Below, piece after piece: positions 50,663 through 64,000 of a stretch of 64,000 bases of DNA. The translations under genes and the position numbers were made by a program. Below the pieces are notes generated by a model. It did no database searches, was not told where the DNA came from, and was given only the letters and a program-made list of their open reading frames with translations. Within the stretch, counting starts at the first letter, position 1. Each line of letters opens with the position of its first letter. This DNA comes from Camelus ferus (lineage: Eukaryota), in contig NC_045697.1 in the NCBI RefSeq assembly GCF_009834535.1, positions 100,876,001 to 100,940,000 on the forward strand. Reading direction: 5' to 3'.

Positions 50663-53600
50663 GCCACTGCATATGATCCAAATGGATTTTCAGTGCTTTT
50701 CCTGCATCTTGCCATAAAGAAATCTCGCAGTACGTGCTTTCTCTGTAATAGAGCTATTTCAGGCTCCTGGAATAGCACATAGTGCAAAGACAATATGCAA
50801 TTATACTACTTTCTTAGTGGTTTATATATTTTTTTACCCAAATGTTTTTTTTATCTAAGTTAATTTTGTTAGTTTATAAACATATAAACTAATTTTGGGT
50901 AGGAAGAAAGAACTGTATTTGAATTTAGATTATTTGATGGTTGTCTTGTAAAGACTAAGTTGCCTGAATAATTCAACCACATTAACACAAATCTGGGACC
51001 GTGCAGACATGCATAATAGCTGAGCGGGAAAGCGGGTTTAGTAGAAAAATAGCGCATTCAAAGTTACAAAAGGTTAAGTTTGAGGTCTGCCTATGTGACA
51101 CACGACCTATGATACCTTGGGAAAAACACTTCATTTCTAGTAACCCACAGCTGGTTCATCTACAGTTTAGAATGATAATTCTTTGCCCTACCTACCTCAC
51201 CATGCTTCAGTGGGAGTGAAATAACATGGTTTCTATAAAAGTGCTTAGTAAAATTATTACAATTTGGCAAAATCACATCCTTTCCTTTCTGGCTTTCCTA
51301 AATGAATTAAATTTGCTTTCCATCACCTTGTAATCTTGGGTGTAAATTAATCACAAATAACCCTAACAATTTTTCCCCTAAAAGCAGATCTCTTCCCTCC
51401 CCCAAGGGATTGCAAGCACTTTCCTTCTGCTTTTAGTTAACAGCAATCATATCCATAGATTAAATCATCTGCCTGTTGTCTGAGAAGGTGAGCTGGAGAC
51501 ACCTCTGAGCCATGAACCGTGAGACCTAAAAAGCTCACCTCTCGGAGGAGGAAAGGCTGAAGAAAAATAAGCAAACTGAGGTCCTGACATCATTCAAATT
51601 GGAATTTGCTGAGAAGCTTATATTCCAGACCATAATATCAAATGGAACGGCCCCCATTGTGAATATGTCTTAATCGCCATCACCAACTGCACCTCTCAGG
51701 CTGCTAAACTGAAAAATAAAGCAACTTTCCAGCTAATATGGGGAATAAACTCTGCTATTGAGGGGAAAAGGGGAAGAGAATTGCTCTTAATTTTCCAGAT
51801 TAACTTTGTACATGAACTACATTTTCAACCCTCTTCCTGTTGCCCATATTAAGAGGAAATTTTATATTTTGACAAAAGATACGTAGAATTGCAGGCTGTC
51901 TTTCTTATGTAAAGGCATGTAAGGGATGGATCAACTGCTCTTAATCACATCTTTGAAGAGTTTGAACAGAAGGGTATATAAAAGGATGGTTTTATGTTCT
52001 ACACCTATACATTGTTCTTCTTCCTTCACAGATACTTCGGGTAGCAGGATTCCACTGGGATAAAAAGTAACCTTTGCCATCAGTAGAGAGATCTTACTTG
52101 GCTTGAGGAGCAAAGCTGAGTGTGTTCAATGACCAAGATCAACAACCATATAGTGACGGATTATGTGGTAAACAGTCGAAAAACATTTAAGTCATTAAAA
52201 CGCTTGGAGGACACACAAACTGGGAGCACGTTGTTGGGGGTGAGTTTCTTATGCAATAGTAATACATGCATAATTGAATTCTTTATCAAAGGCACACTCA
52301 GCAGCAGACCCCCAGCAGACTCAATCTGGTCTTGAGCTTCTGGGGAGGAGACCCTGCCTCACTGGTGATGAAACAACACTGACACTCCTTCCTTCTCTTT
52401 CACGGCATCGACAAAGTAGATTAACGTTACTGATTAACATTTCTGACTCTAATACTAGACTATGAGTTATTTGAGGGCTGTATCCTCACCGCACAGCGTG
52501 GGGACTGGAAGAAAGGCAGAGAGGGGTGGGCAAAGGAGGGAGGGGGAGAGAGAGGTCTCCAACCCAGAGACAGACTGAGGGTTTCTGTTCATGATCACCT
52601 AGTATGTGAACATTAGCTAATTTAACCTTCAAAAACCAACCCATTGGGTCCATAGTATTAACTCCATCTTTAAAGATGAGGAGAATTCAGCTAAGAGATA
52701 TTGACTGATATTCAACATTAAAATGGTATAACTAGACTAGAAATTTCCATTTGATTCCAAAGGCTTGATTCTTCCCCTATGATTTCTCACAAGTTCTGGT
52801 ACACACAGTAGGGATTCCTCTTCATGAGACTACCAGAACTTTGGGGACAAGCTAGACAGAAGAAGGTGGGGAGAGGCAGCCCAGGAGGGCAAGGGGTAGG
52901 TGTGTGTTACCTCACAGGAGCAAGGTTAGGTGTTAGCTATCTGAGACTTAGGAATGAGCCCAGTGTCAGGTCCTGGACTAAGAGATGACTCTATGAAAAG
53001 GACAGGCTGGTCCTGTGTGCCCTCAAGTCTGAAATCAACAGTGTCATAGAATCAGGATGGAGCAATCACTCGGCTAAAGGGTCAATCAGCTTGGGTCAAA
53101 GGACATAAGTGGCCAATATTAACAGAGGACAGTGTCAGCATCAAGGCCCCATATCCATTCCTATGACTGGGATATAAAACAGGGGGTGAGTTTCAGGGAA
53201 GAAAGGTGATCATTCAATTGCTAGAAGGTAATTATGAATTATTATTAATTCCTAGCCAAGATAATTATGTTGGTGCTAGGAGGCTAAAATTGGGTAGGCC
53301 AAGATTCTTGAAGATATACGTTGAATATCTGATTTCTCTCTAAAGCAAGCCACTTTCCATAATATCTCTGTGAAAATGTACACACAGAGGAAAATAATCA
53401 ACAAAAATCTATTCTTAATTCCGATGATTTTTATTCACAAGGAAGATTCATTTTGTTTGATTGCTGGTATGGTGGTATGGTGGGGCCCACTCCACTTTCT
53501 TCCTTACTAAAACCCCACAATCTGTTTCAGACAGAATATGAAGAGGAAATGCTGCTTAGGGAGGAGATGACAACGGGCATGGATGTGCAAGAATGTAGCT

Positions 53601-56600
53601 ACAGTACCTGGTGCTTCCAGCCCCCCAAACCTGCCCCTTTTCAGGCCATGCAAGTACGATCAGCCTCCAGATTCTGTTTAGCCCCTCAGCTCCATGAGAC
53701 TTTCAGCAACAAAACAAAATGACAACAAAATAAAACAACACAACAGCAACCTATCAGAAAAATAGAATCCTCCCACCTAGAAATAGCAGCCATTATCTGG
53801 CTAGTGAAGGAAGTGATGGAAAATTGGTGGATTAAAGACTAACCTTTATTAAATGGAACCTTATGGTGCACTTGACCTTCACAGAGTCTTCAGACAACCC
53901 AGCGTATTGAAAGTGAAGTGGCTCTCAAGTGTTGCTCAGCAATGAGGGCAAAAGTCAGTGGGGAACTAGCGGCAATAATTATTCCATTCTGAGTCGGGTG
54001 TTGATCATGGCTCTTATTTATTTCTGGGTTAGGACCTACGTTAACATGCAGGTCAAACCCAGTGGCAATAGGTGCACATATCTGATGGATGGAGCTGAGT
54101 AGCCAGGGGGACATGACACCTGGCAGAGTGAGCCACGAGGGCAGGGAACACGTTGCTTACTCAGCATGCCACACATTTATGAGCTTGGAGGCATCAAGAG
54201 AAATACTGACTGCTTTAGATCAGCAGTTAACTTAGAGAAAAAAAGAGTTAGGTAATGTAAGCTGCTCAACTTTTCTAGGGACACCTTTTGATCAGAAAGA
54301 ATGTGAAGACAAAACCAGAACTGAAATGGGGGCCCTGTTGTATCTTTCTCTCCATGCACAATTTCCCACTTGTCACTACCAATTTCCAAGCCCTTTGATT
54401 AGAATCAGCCAGTAAATTAACAAGGCCAATCTCATCTCTAAAAAGAAGCTTCAGTTTATCCTTGGGCTGACTGAGAACAAGCTGCATTATACTGGCCTAG
54501 TTCCTCCACACAGCAAACCTTTGTTCTTTCCATAGCTTGATAGCTCTTCTCTCTGAACCCTAACTTTACCCAGACTGTTAGGTGAAAGGAGTTGCACTTA
54601 AGATACTTTATGGTACAAACTGGCACGTGTATGGCCCAAGCTACATAACACACACACACGTGCACATTCACATATAAACACACACACATCATGTCCACTA
54701 AAAACAGCCAGACATGCGGCATCCATCAGAATTAAGTGAAATTCCCCAACCTTGACTTCCTATTGATCCTCCTGCTTAACTTTACCTACCTACCCATGTA
54801 AAAATCCCAGAGCTTCATTTTCCAGTAACCACACGGCTGGCCTCACCCTGAAATTCAGTCCCTAGTCACACAAGTGGATTCAGGTGGTCAGCCACTGTTT
54901 CTCCAGCAGTGGCTTCTCCACAGTCCCCTGGTGGATCTTGCCCAGACCTATCTGTTAGCTCTCACACAATGAGGTCTGCACATGAGAGCCATGCCTTCCT
55001 CTTAGCCTTCACAGTCATGCATCACTCCTCTGACCAAAAGCAGTCTTAGCACTGCAGCAGGCATTCGTTCTTCTCTCAGCCTAGAGGCATCTCTGTAGTT
55101 GGTTCAACCTAGATAATTCTCCGTATTTCTTGTTAGTCTTCAAAAGGAAACTTCATCCAGGTCAGTCTCCTTGCTGTCCTAGCAACATGCTACTAATTAG
55201 CTCAACATATATTTTCTAGGCATCTGCCATCTGCCTGCTCAGTGCTGAAAATCAAAGAAATGAAGGAAACCTTGGAGGAACCAATATTTCTAACTTGACA
55301 CAAGCTGCTTTTCGTGCTTAGAGTGCCTTCTCCCTTCCCTTCCATCAATCCAAATTCTCATCCCTTCAAGTCTCACCATCTCCAAGAACTGTTCTTGTTA
55401 CTCTCTTTGCTTAACATATTTTTTATTTCTGATTTTTTATTAATCCTTTTATTCTCAGGCCCTAGTACTTATCAGGTGATAGATAAACAAAAGAATGAAT
55501 AAATGAAGGAAGGAAAAAAACAAAGGATAATTTTCTCATCTTCTCCAACCCTCATATAACTTCTCTCTGAATCCTTTGACATTTTTAATGTGTATCACAT
55601 AACCACCTCCATTCTGGGAATGTCTTTCAGTATATCTGCTTATGTTTACAAGTGTTGGCCATTCATTTGAATTAGATTATATGGCTGTTGAGGTCAGGAT
55701 CCATATTTTATACTTAATTTGTTTTCCCCCAATTACCTATAGCATTGCTGCACATCACTGATGCTTAATTAACATCTGTTGATTGACTTAACAGCCTGCT
55801 ACCTGGTAGTAAAAATAAATTAAGATACAACTATAAGAAGTATTACCACATGCATCTTCAAATTGAAGTTAGAACTAAGCTCACATTCTGTGTGGCTCAG
55901 TTCACTGTAATATATGTCTCATCATGCTAAAACTTTCAATTCTGTGAAATATGAAATAAAGCTTTTGTTTAATAATAAGCCAAAGAATGTCAGTGATTGA
56001 CTAAAGCTTGTAATTTTCAATTGGTAACTGGATGTTATCTTTGCACCATCAGATAGTTGCACAACTGGCTGAATTATATGACATTATCAGTGAGTGTGCT
56101 ACACACAGCCAAGTTCCAGGATTGATTTTTTTTTTAACTGAATGTACCCTGATAAATCAAATCAATAGTCTGCCTCTATAGACCTCAGTATTTCTTTTAA
56201 CTATTCATTACATTTGGGGTATTCAAAAATTACTTAGGAAATAATATCTCACTATTCACATTAGAATGTATTAAAGTTTGAGGGCACTTGATTTAAATGT
56301 AATCATAAATTTCAAAAATGTGTGTATGCAGTTTGCAAAGCAAAATACCTGACGCTCAACAAGGCATTGTCAGAGTCAGGGAAGTATCCAAGGGAGACGA
56401 TGGTCTCCAATAGGAAACCACAGGAAAATCACCATTACTTAAATAAACATAAAATATACATTGAAGTAGGATGTATATTAGGTGCTATAAAACAGGGGGC
56501 TGAAGGTGAGTGTATTAACTGCATGTGGGAAAATCGAGAAACGGGCAGGATTTCATGAATATGCATGCACATAAAGATCTCATCTGGGGTTTCTTTTCTT

Positions 56601-59600
56601 TAATAGAACATTTGTGCACTTTAATGGACAGTCATGAACTTGGCTTAATCACCTTTTGTGGACTTTAATATCAGATAAGTATGCAGAGCACATTTCTCCT
56701 GGGTGAAATGGACTGGAGAAGTTCAGGAATGTTCCCCATACATCAGGAAAACAGATGACAGAACACTTGCCGTTGCCACACAGGGAACAACTGGCCTAAA
56801 TTCTCCCTGTCTTTGTCTGTCCTTTCTGATGGGGAGAGTGGATGCTTTCAAAGTCCCCTCCTCATTATAAGATTAACAAAACCACACAACCCTATTGTGT
56901 GTGACTCACAGATGAAAAAGACAAAGCTGGGACAAAGGTAAAATAGTTGCTTCCAATTTATATTTGCTGGGAAATATCTGAAATTACTTCTGTGTAACCA
57001 GGACTTCTGTAACCTGCACATGAATAATCAACTAAAAGACAAATCGCCACCACGGGGTTTCTAGGAGCTACTGGAGGCCTTAACTCGTCATGTTCCTAAA
57101 TTTGGTCCTTTCCAATGTTCTGTGTCCATCATGAATTTTATCGCTTTCTATGTTTGGAGAGAATTGTGAAGAGGACTTGAATAGTCACCTCAGAGTTGGT
57201 TATGACTCTGGGAAATATGCACTAAGGAGAGAGAGATTTAACTGGGTAATTTTGGTTGGAAGAGAGAAACAAAAAAATTCCTCAAAAAAGATCAAGAATT
57301 CTATTGGAGGAAAATTTGCCCCTAACATAGTGCAGAGTTATATTAAATTTAAATATTATGTGTTTCAAAATAAGAAGGTAAACAAGCACAATAATTTGAG
57401 GGCAAATTTCAAATTCATTAATCTATTCTACAAATCAGTATTGGGCACCTTTTATGTGCAAGGGCTCTGCTAACTGTGGGGCAGCAAAGTGAGCATGACA
57501 TTGTCTTTGCTCTTCAGGAGCTTATAAAGTTCATGAACACATGGAAGAAACAGACATATAAACAACTAATTTTAATTCAGTGCTCAGAGGCTGTGTGATT
57601 ATGGGATGCAAGAATAGCGCTTTATTATACAAAAATGTTTTGGAGTTGAATGCATACATACGTATATATACATATATCTCTATAACATAAAATTTGGATA
57701 CAAATGGCCATATTTTAGTGGACATTCTACTGAGTCAGGTAATTAAGCCATAAGGTATTAGTTTAGAAAAGTTAAATCACAGTTTAGTATCTAGTTGTCT
57801 AAGAGAATTCGTTACCTCTGAAAAATGGGAATGATTTATCTCCTTCTTATTAAGATCAGGTCAGTGGTTTCACAGGCATAATTCTAGCCAGTCAGAGAAC
57901 TGAAGAGAATTGCTTTTGCATATCAGTTGGCATTGGTGCCTCTGCACTATGCATGCCTTGATCTATTTTCCCTAGAGGTAAGGTCTAAGATGGAGATAGA
58001 AACTGATAAGAGAAGTTGAGGATACAGACCACAGCAGATGGCCTGTGGAGGATGAACCTGGCTAGATGGGTCTTGTCCTCAACAGTTAGTAATACGTCGC
58101 AACCATATATGCCCACTGCTATGAATTATAACAATACAAATAGCTCTATTAATACTCCTATCAAGGTGAAACATTCATATTTGTTCTCTACCTCATGAGA
58201 GAAAGGTGTAGTACAAACTGAACTGTGAGCATTTGGTAAAGAACATATCAGAAAGTGGTTCATACAATTCTTCCTCCAAAACACAATCACTGGGAATACT
58301 AAGTTACCAAGAAACCACTATTTTTTTCAGGTTGTATGGGGACTTTATTAAAAGGATGCTTGCCATAAGTATCACTGTGAATTTGTGCTATTGCTTCTAC
58401 AATCTATGAAATTATTGAAGTTTTTACAGATTCATGTGGACCATCTATTGTGCTTATGTGACATATACACATTTTACTGTAATAAGTCATAGAAAATGTT
58501 CTCCTAGCTTAAGAATAGAAACTAATATTTAAAATTTGATTTACATTTACAACATGAAGAAGGGAATTAATTGGCTAATTTGGATGCTGAAATGTTGCCT
58601 GATACGGAAATGTAGTTCAGCCAAAACATAGGTTTGGGATACGGTTAAATAATAAGTTCTCTTAGTTCTGCACTTTGCTGGAGTGGATTGGAATATAAAG
58701 CATCAGAAGCTTATCTTTTTCCTTTTAACAATTTTTGAATAAGGGTAGGCAGATGTAGCCCCCAGCTTGTCAGTGTAGTAATGTGGAAGTTAAATCACAG
58801 TGTTCTGGAGAATAGTATAATTACTGGAAGCCACAAAAACTGGGTCAATTTAATACTTTGGTTGGATGATATACTTTCATATTTTGGACAAACCAATCTT
58901 GGAATCCCAGCTGTTGGAAGCATCTGTTGTAGAGATGGAGAGAAAGAAAAGCAGTATGTCATCTTTACCAGCTGAAAGATGAAGAATGCTGTATGCATCT
59001 ATTTCTTTGCACAGATTGTCATAAAATCCCAATATTCCTTTGGGGCCCAATTGTTTACTAACTTTTCAGGAAAATTAAACCTTTAAAGCTGTCAATTATT
59101 TAATAAGTAAAATTCAGCAAATAACAGACTTTATTTTTGATCAGTGATCATTTTAGTTTCAATCTCTTCCATATTGACTAGATAATTATTATCCAGATTC
59201 AGATGTCATCAAATTTACCAACAAAACAAACTGAACAGAGAAAGAACATTCTCATACTGACTGAGAGTCAATAGAGATTCTTCTATCACCTGATCTCCAA
59301 AAGAAAAGTTTTTACATGCAAAGCTAAGTCGACAGAGAGTAATTTATTCATATGTATTTACTTTCCAAATCTTTATTATGAGAAGCTAATTGCTGCTGTT
59401 CAAGTTAGTTAAAACTGTTAAAACTACATCACTACCAGAAATTAAATAAAACAGATTTTTAAAAAATGGAGCTATTGTAATCTTATGGGCAAACTTAAAC
59501 CAACCTACGTGATCAGAGAATATTTTTGTATGATATCACAGAAAACCAATTAAATTAGCTTAAACACTGAATTATTTCAGGAAGTTGACTAGACTTGTAA

Positions 59601-60437
59601 TCAGTGCCGAAACTTTTCTAACACCTAATTAACTAAGAAAAGCAGTACACAAATTATGTTTCCAATTCATTTAATAGCACAGCCTCTGAAGGTATTTCCA
59701 ATTAGCCACATTTTCTTGGGATTTACTGAAATTTTCAAAATTAAACAATGAAAGTTTAACATTGAAAACAACGTTAAATGGTTGTGCCTTTGGTGATTTT
59801 TAAATTTTAAATAAAGGATTTCCATCTCTTGGCACAGGGATCTTTGTAAAAGAAAGTGGTTGCTAAGAAAAATCAATAAAAATGCTATATAACAATCAAA
59901 CTTGGTTATTGTTTGCAAATAGAGTAAAATTATATTAGGAGAAGAGAGTTAGAAGTAACTTTGAGTGAGCAAGAGTTTCCTTGTAACCGTGGTCAATTTA
60001 TCATAGTATTTATATGCTTTCTAGAAACAGTGGGTTCTGGAGAAAACTCAGCAGTTACACCAAAGGAGAGGAAGACGTAGATCATTATTACCCTACCCTT
60101 TTTCCCTTTGAAGGAAACCAAAAGAACCAGAGAAATTGAGAAGGCACTCCTGCATCAACTGGAAAAAAAATACCAGGCAGACTTTTTCCTACCAAGGTAT
60201 TCCCAAGAGAACAACCGAAGGTGAGCCAACATCCATGCAGACTCCTACTGGAATCTTGGCTAGACCTCTCAAAGGACTGGGATTTCCCATTTTTTTCAAA
60301 TGTCGTTAATATGCAACACTATCTTTTTTTGTTGTTGTTGTGCCTCTTTGAAACTTTCACCACTCTTCTCAGCCCATCCTCACTGCTCCCTTCTCTTTGC
60401 ACACGATTCTACTTTAATGATAAAAGAAGCCATTCAA

Positions 60438-61543
60438 GTTAATATTCAAAATACATAAAGAACTCATACAACATAATAGCAGAAAAAATTGAATAAAATA
60501 AACACAACAAAACAAAAAAAACCCACACAATTAAAAAATAGGCAGAGGAGCTGGATAGACATTTTTCCAAGGAAGACATGAAAAGGTGCTCGACATCACT
60601 CATCCCCAGGGAAGTGCAAACCAACACCACAATGAGACACACCCCACACTTGTTAGAATGGCTGTCATCAAAAAGACAGCAGACAACAAGTGCGGCAGAG
60701 GATGTGAGGAAAAGGAAGCCTTGTGCACTGTTGGTAGGAATGTTAATTGGTGAAGCCAACGTGGAAAATAGTAGAGAGGTTCCTCCAAAAATTAAAAATA
60801 GAACTACCACATGATCCAGCAATTCCTCTTCTGGGTATGTATCAGAAGGAAACAAAATCACTATCTCAAAGCGATATCTGCACCCCCGTGTTCACTGCAG
60901 CATTATTCACCATACTTAAGATATGGAAATAATCTGTGTCCATCAACAGATGTATGAATAAAAAAGGTGGCAAATATAAATATATACAATTCAGCCATAA
61001 AAAAGAAGGAAATTCTGTCATTTGCACCAACATGGGTGGGTCTTGAGGGCATTATGCTAAGTGAAATAAGTCAGTCAGAGAAAGACAAATACTGTATGAT
61101 CTCACTTACATGTGGAATCTAAACAAAACAAAACAAAACAAAAACTCATGGAAACAGTTGAATGGTGGTTGCCATAGGCAAGGAAGGGGAGACAAAATGG
61201 GTGAAGGCAGTCAAAAGGTACTAATTTCCAGGTATAAGATAAATAAATCCTGGGGATGTAACGCACAACATTGTGACTATAGTCAACAATACTACATTGT
61301 ATATTTGAAAGCTGCTAAGAGAATGGGTCTCAAAGTTTTCATCCTAAAAAATAAAACTGTAACTGTGTGGGGTGATGGATGTTAACTAAATTTACTGTGG
61401 TGATTATTTCTACATCACCACTATATATTACATTACCATATTACTTCTATGTGTATATTATATATTTATAATCATTGCTGTACATCTTAAACTAATACAC
61501 TGTTATATGTCAGTTATATCGCAACAAAACTGGAGAAAAAAAA
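60438..61543 (+). mobile_element. 5'-truncated L1 (L1MA9-like): ORF2 C-terminus, 3' UTR and A tail
   Basis: ORFs 60578..60814 and 60747..60932 (LKIELPHDPAIPLLG) are frameshifted ORF2 pieces. 3' UTR GTCAAAAGGTAC...TAAATAAATCCTGGGGATGTAA; ends AAAACTGGAGAAAAAAAA. Confidence 0.92.
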
Positions 61544-62779
61544 TATTTTAAACAAAGAACAAAGAATTCATCCAGCCCTATTCACCCTCACAAACGTTAA
61601 GTCCATTTTCACACCCTCCCTGCAGTCTTGGCAGAAGGGCACCCTTCTGCCCAGGACTCTTCTCCTCCTGCCTCCTAAAATTGGTCATCTTTTCTCTGTT
61701 AGGATTTCTTTCTATCAGTCATTGCCTCTCTGCCTCTCAGCCTCTCAGATGGCTTTTGGAGGATAAACATGTTCAATTTCACCACTTTTGAAACAAAAAC
61801 AACACTAATTAACACACACACAGACACACACACACTCCAAAGCTCTCTCTCCATCTGTCACCTAATGTGCTCCAGTCTAAAGGCCACCTCATCCTCTTTC
61901 TCAAGCTGTCAACTTCTGTTCACATTTACATCCTAGGAATTACTTCTGGAAGCCCTGCGTGACCACCAGACTCCTGCTTTACCCCATGTGTAACCCTAAA
62001 CTGCACTGTCGTTGCCATTTGTCTTTTTAGAGCCCTGAACAGGCAGTGGAGCCCTTGCAGCCTTGGGCGGTTCACCTCTGTGTCCCCGGGACACGCACAG
62101 TGAGTGACCCCGGCAGATCAGGGGCTCGCTCACCCCCACTGAACTGAGCAGTGCCCCGGAAACCTCCCCAGCTCACTAAGTTTCCCACTCTCTGCCTTCT
62201 TTCCCCATCATGAGAAGTTTCTGTGTTTAAACTTTTGAGCTGGAGTCTCTTTAGCAGAGCCTGTTTTTTCCCACTGGTCTCTCCCCGTCCTGGTCACAAC
62301 AGTTTGTAACGACGTATTAACACATGCTTATCCACCACTAGATTCTGAGCACTAGGACCTATGGGTGTAGTACTTCTCTTCCCATTTGGAGCACCTGTGA
62401 TCTAGAAGGTCCCAAATGAATCAAAAGACAAGGAAATACGGAGGGAGGGAAGGAGGACAGTTTGAGGACAAGGTGTGGGAGAGGGTTTGCACAACACAAG
62501 GTGAAAATCATGAGAATTCAAAAGATACTCAATTCTAAAATTCTCACTTGATCTAATATACAAGGGTAATTATTTGTCAAAAAGTTAACACTGTGTGTTT
62601 CAGTGAAATACAGGTTCTATTCTAATCCACCCAAATTCTTTAAATAAAAAATTTGCAATCCACATTTATGATCTATCCCGTTTCTTCATTTATCTCAAGG
62701 GGTAGTATTGACCCTCATAATAAGATTATATAATTTACATGTCGTACAAAAGAATGCAGACCACGGTAATACGAATGTA

Positions 62780-62940
62780 ATGCCATGCATTTGCCCGGGC
62801 CTTTCCAGGTACCACGGCATCGTCACACAAGTGAACCGTTTATCTCAGGACCACACAAAGAGCTAAGCAGAACAGGGGCTCTTATTTTCATTTTGCAGTT
62901 GAGAAAACTGAACTTCAGAGAGGTTAAGAGACACGCATGC
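62780..62940 (-). mobile_element. MIR SINE
   Basis: Antisense MIR core CATTTTGCAGTTGAGAAAACTGAACTTCAGAGAGGTTAAG. Confidence 0.75.
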
Positions 62941-63789
62941 CTTGGAGCTGTGAATAAATTGAAGAAGAAGTTGAAGATGAAAGGGAGAGATATTAGATTT
63001 GCTCTTTTGAAAATGACTCAGTGGGAGAAACGCGATCTTCATCAGCAACAGCAAATACTTATTCAGCATTTACCTCTTGAAGCCCAGCTCTGTCTTCCCT
63101 GGGATAGAAATTTTATCAAAAGAAAGAGCAGGTATCATGTCAGAGTCCCTCAGACAGCAATTTTTTGAGCAACTGGGCCTATCAAATAAATTACTTCCCA
63201 AACACTTCAGGTGGCAGGAAAAGTAATCATTAGCTGTTTAATATCTAATACAGCTAGGATACTACAGTATTTTCTTGGTTATACATACGATACAGTAAAG
63301 AGTCTCGTTCTCTCTGTGTGTGACGTGCATATATTTTAAAGCTTCTTGAACAATTAATGTGTTGATAATTAATATGTATTAATATGTATGCAGGAAAAAC
63401 ACACTGCCCTCTCACTCAGCATCTTGGTTCTCTCCTGCTTTAGTCTGTCCACCTAGAGTTCCTACCACCATGTTGCCTTCTTTTGTTTATTTGTCCTTAC
63501 TAGTTATTTTTTCAGATGCTTTTATGTGGTCATTCTTCTTCCAATTTTAGAGAACTTGGAGCATCATTTTTTACATTTTTTACATCAAATAAAATATGAT
63601 CAGGAATAAAACTTCCACTTACAAACTGCCCCTAAGGAAAAATGTGACCTATTCGCCCACAATCTGTATTATGACTGCTTTCTGATTTCTTTCGATGAGA
63701 AGCAGAGATTTCTTATCATTCTTGGTTTACTTCTCAGAACTAATATCAGGAAGCAAGTCATGTGGGAAAAAAAAAAAAAAAAGACTTAC

Positions 63790-63993
63790 CCACTCCTCCT
63801 CATCATAGTCTGAATGATGCGGTATGGAGTCCTGTCTTCTCATCGGCGGCGGGGGGTCCTGGGGACTGTGCTCCTCCGTGCCGTCCTTAGGAGACGGTGG
63901 CTTCTTAAGGACCCCTCCCGGCCTGGCAGTGTAAAGCGCTAGAAGAGCGCTTCTGACCAGTTGATCCTTGAAGGCATGTACAAAATGCTCTGT
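63790..63993 (-). CDS. INPP4B: INPP4B coding exon (204 nt, phase 0-0)
   Basis: tttccag|ACA...GAG TGG|gtaagt. Translates [68 protein letters not shown]. Missed by the ORF track. Confidence 0.95.
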
Positions 63994-64000
63994 CTGGAAA

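Larger units (their letters stand above)
1..64000 (-). other. INPP4B: INPP4B gene body (partial: 8 internal coding exons plus introns; both gene ends outside the window)
   Basis: Hand-spliced minus-strand exons give 377 uninterrupted codons that match the C-terminal half of mammalian INPP4B as I recall it. Every intron is GT-AG and all phases join. Confidence 0.97.

Noticed and set aside
60439..61385. Cluster of ORFs of 60-140 aa on both strands
   Set aside because: Frameshifted L1 ORF2/3' UTR remnants and their antisense frames, not host genes.
1..64000. A novel multi-gene system, nested protein-coding gene or NUMT
   Set aside because: All recognisable coding signal belongs to INPP4B or decayed retroelements. 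I saw no mitochondrial, rRNA or second host-gene sequence, but very diverged or non-coding elements could be missed without searches.

Overview
AT-rich mammalian genomic DNA lying entirely inside one minus-strand gene, INPP4B (inositol polyphosphate 4-phosphatase type II). Eight consecutive coding exons can be read by hand, all with GT-AG boundaries and matching phases: 63790-63993, 48869-49028, 30672-30844, 29393-29516, 28203-28320, 23609-23749, 20090-20187 and 1363-1475. Together they give 1131 nt (377 codons) of open frame, from [11 protein letters not shown] to VEIMWLAAT. The exon with the catalytic CX5R motif (CKSAKDR) should lie just beyond position 1. The introns are full of old mammalian repeats (L1M, L2, CR1/L3, MIR, MaLR/ERVL LTRs, hAT and Tigger MITEs) and contain two young tRNA-derived SINEs that look camelid (Vic-1-like). 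Nearly all ORF-track entries are spurious or L1/CR1 relics. I see no convincing new multi-gene system. The best second-look items are: a tailless U5 snRNA retropseudogene cut at loop 1 with a 15-bp TSD; a candidate in-frame 78-nt cassette exon; an antisense LTR fragment that appears L1-retroposed with a 17-bp TSD; a CpG-retaining intronic cluster with a CTCF-like motif; and a triple AGGTCA array. Repeat family names and human comparisons are from memory of consensus sequences, not from searches, and repeat boundaries are approximate.
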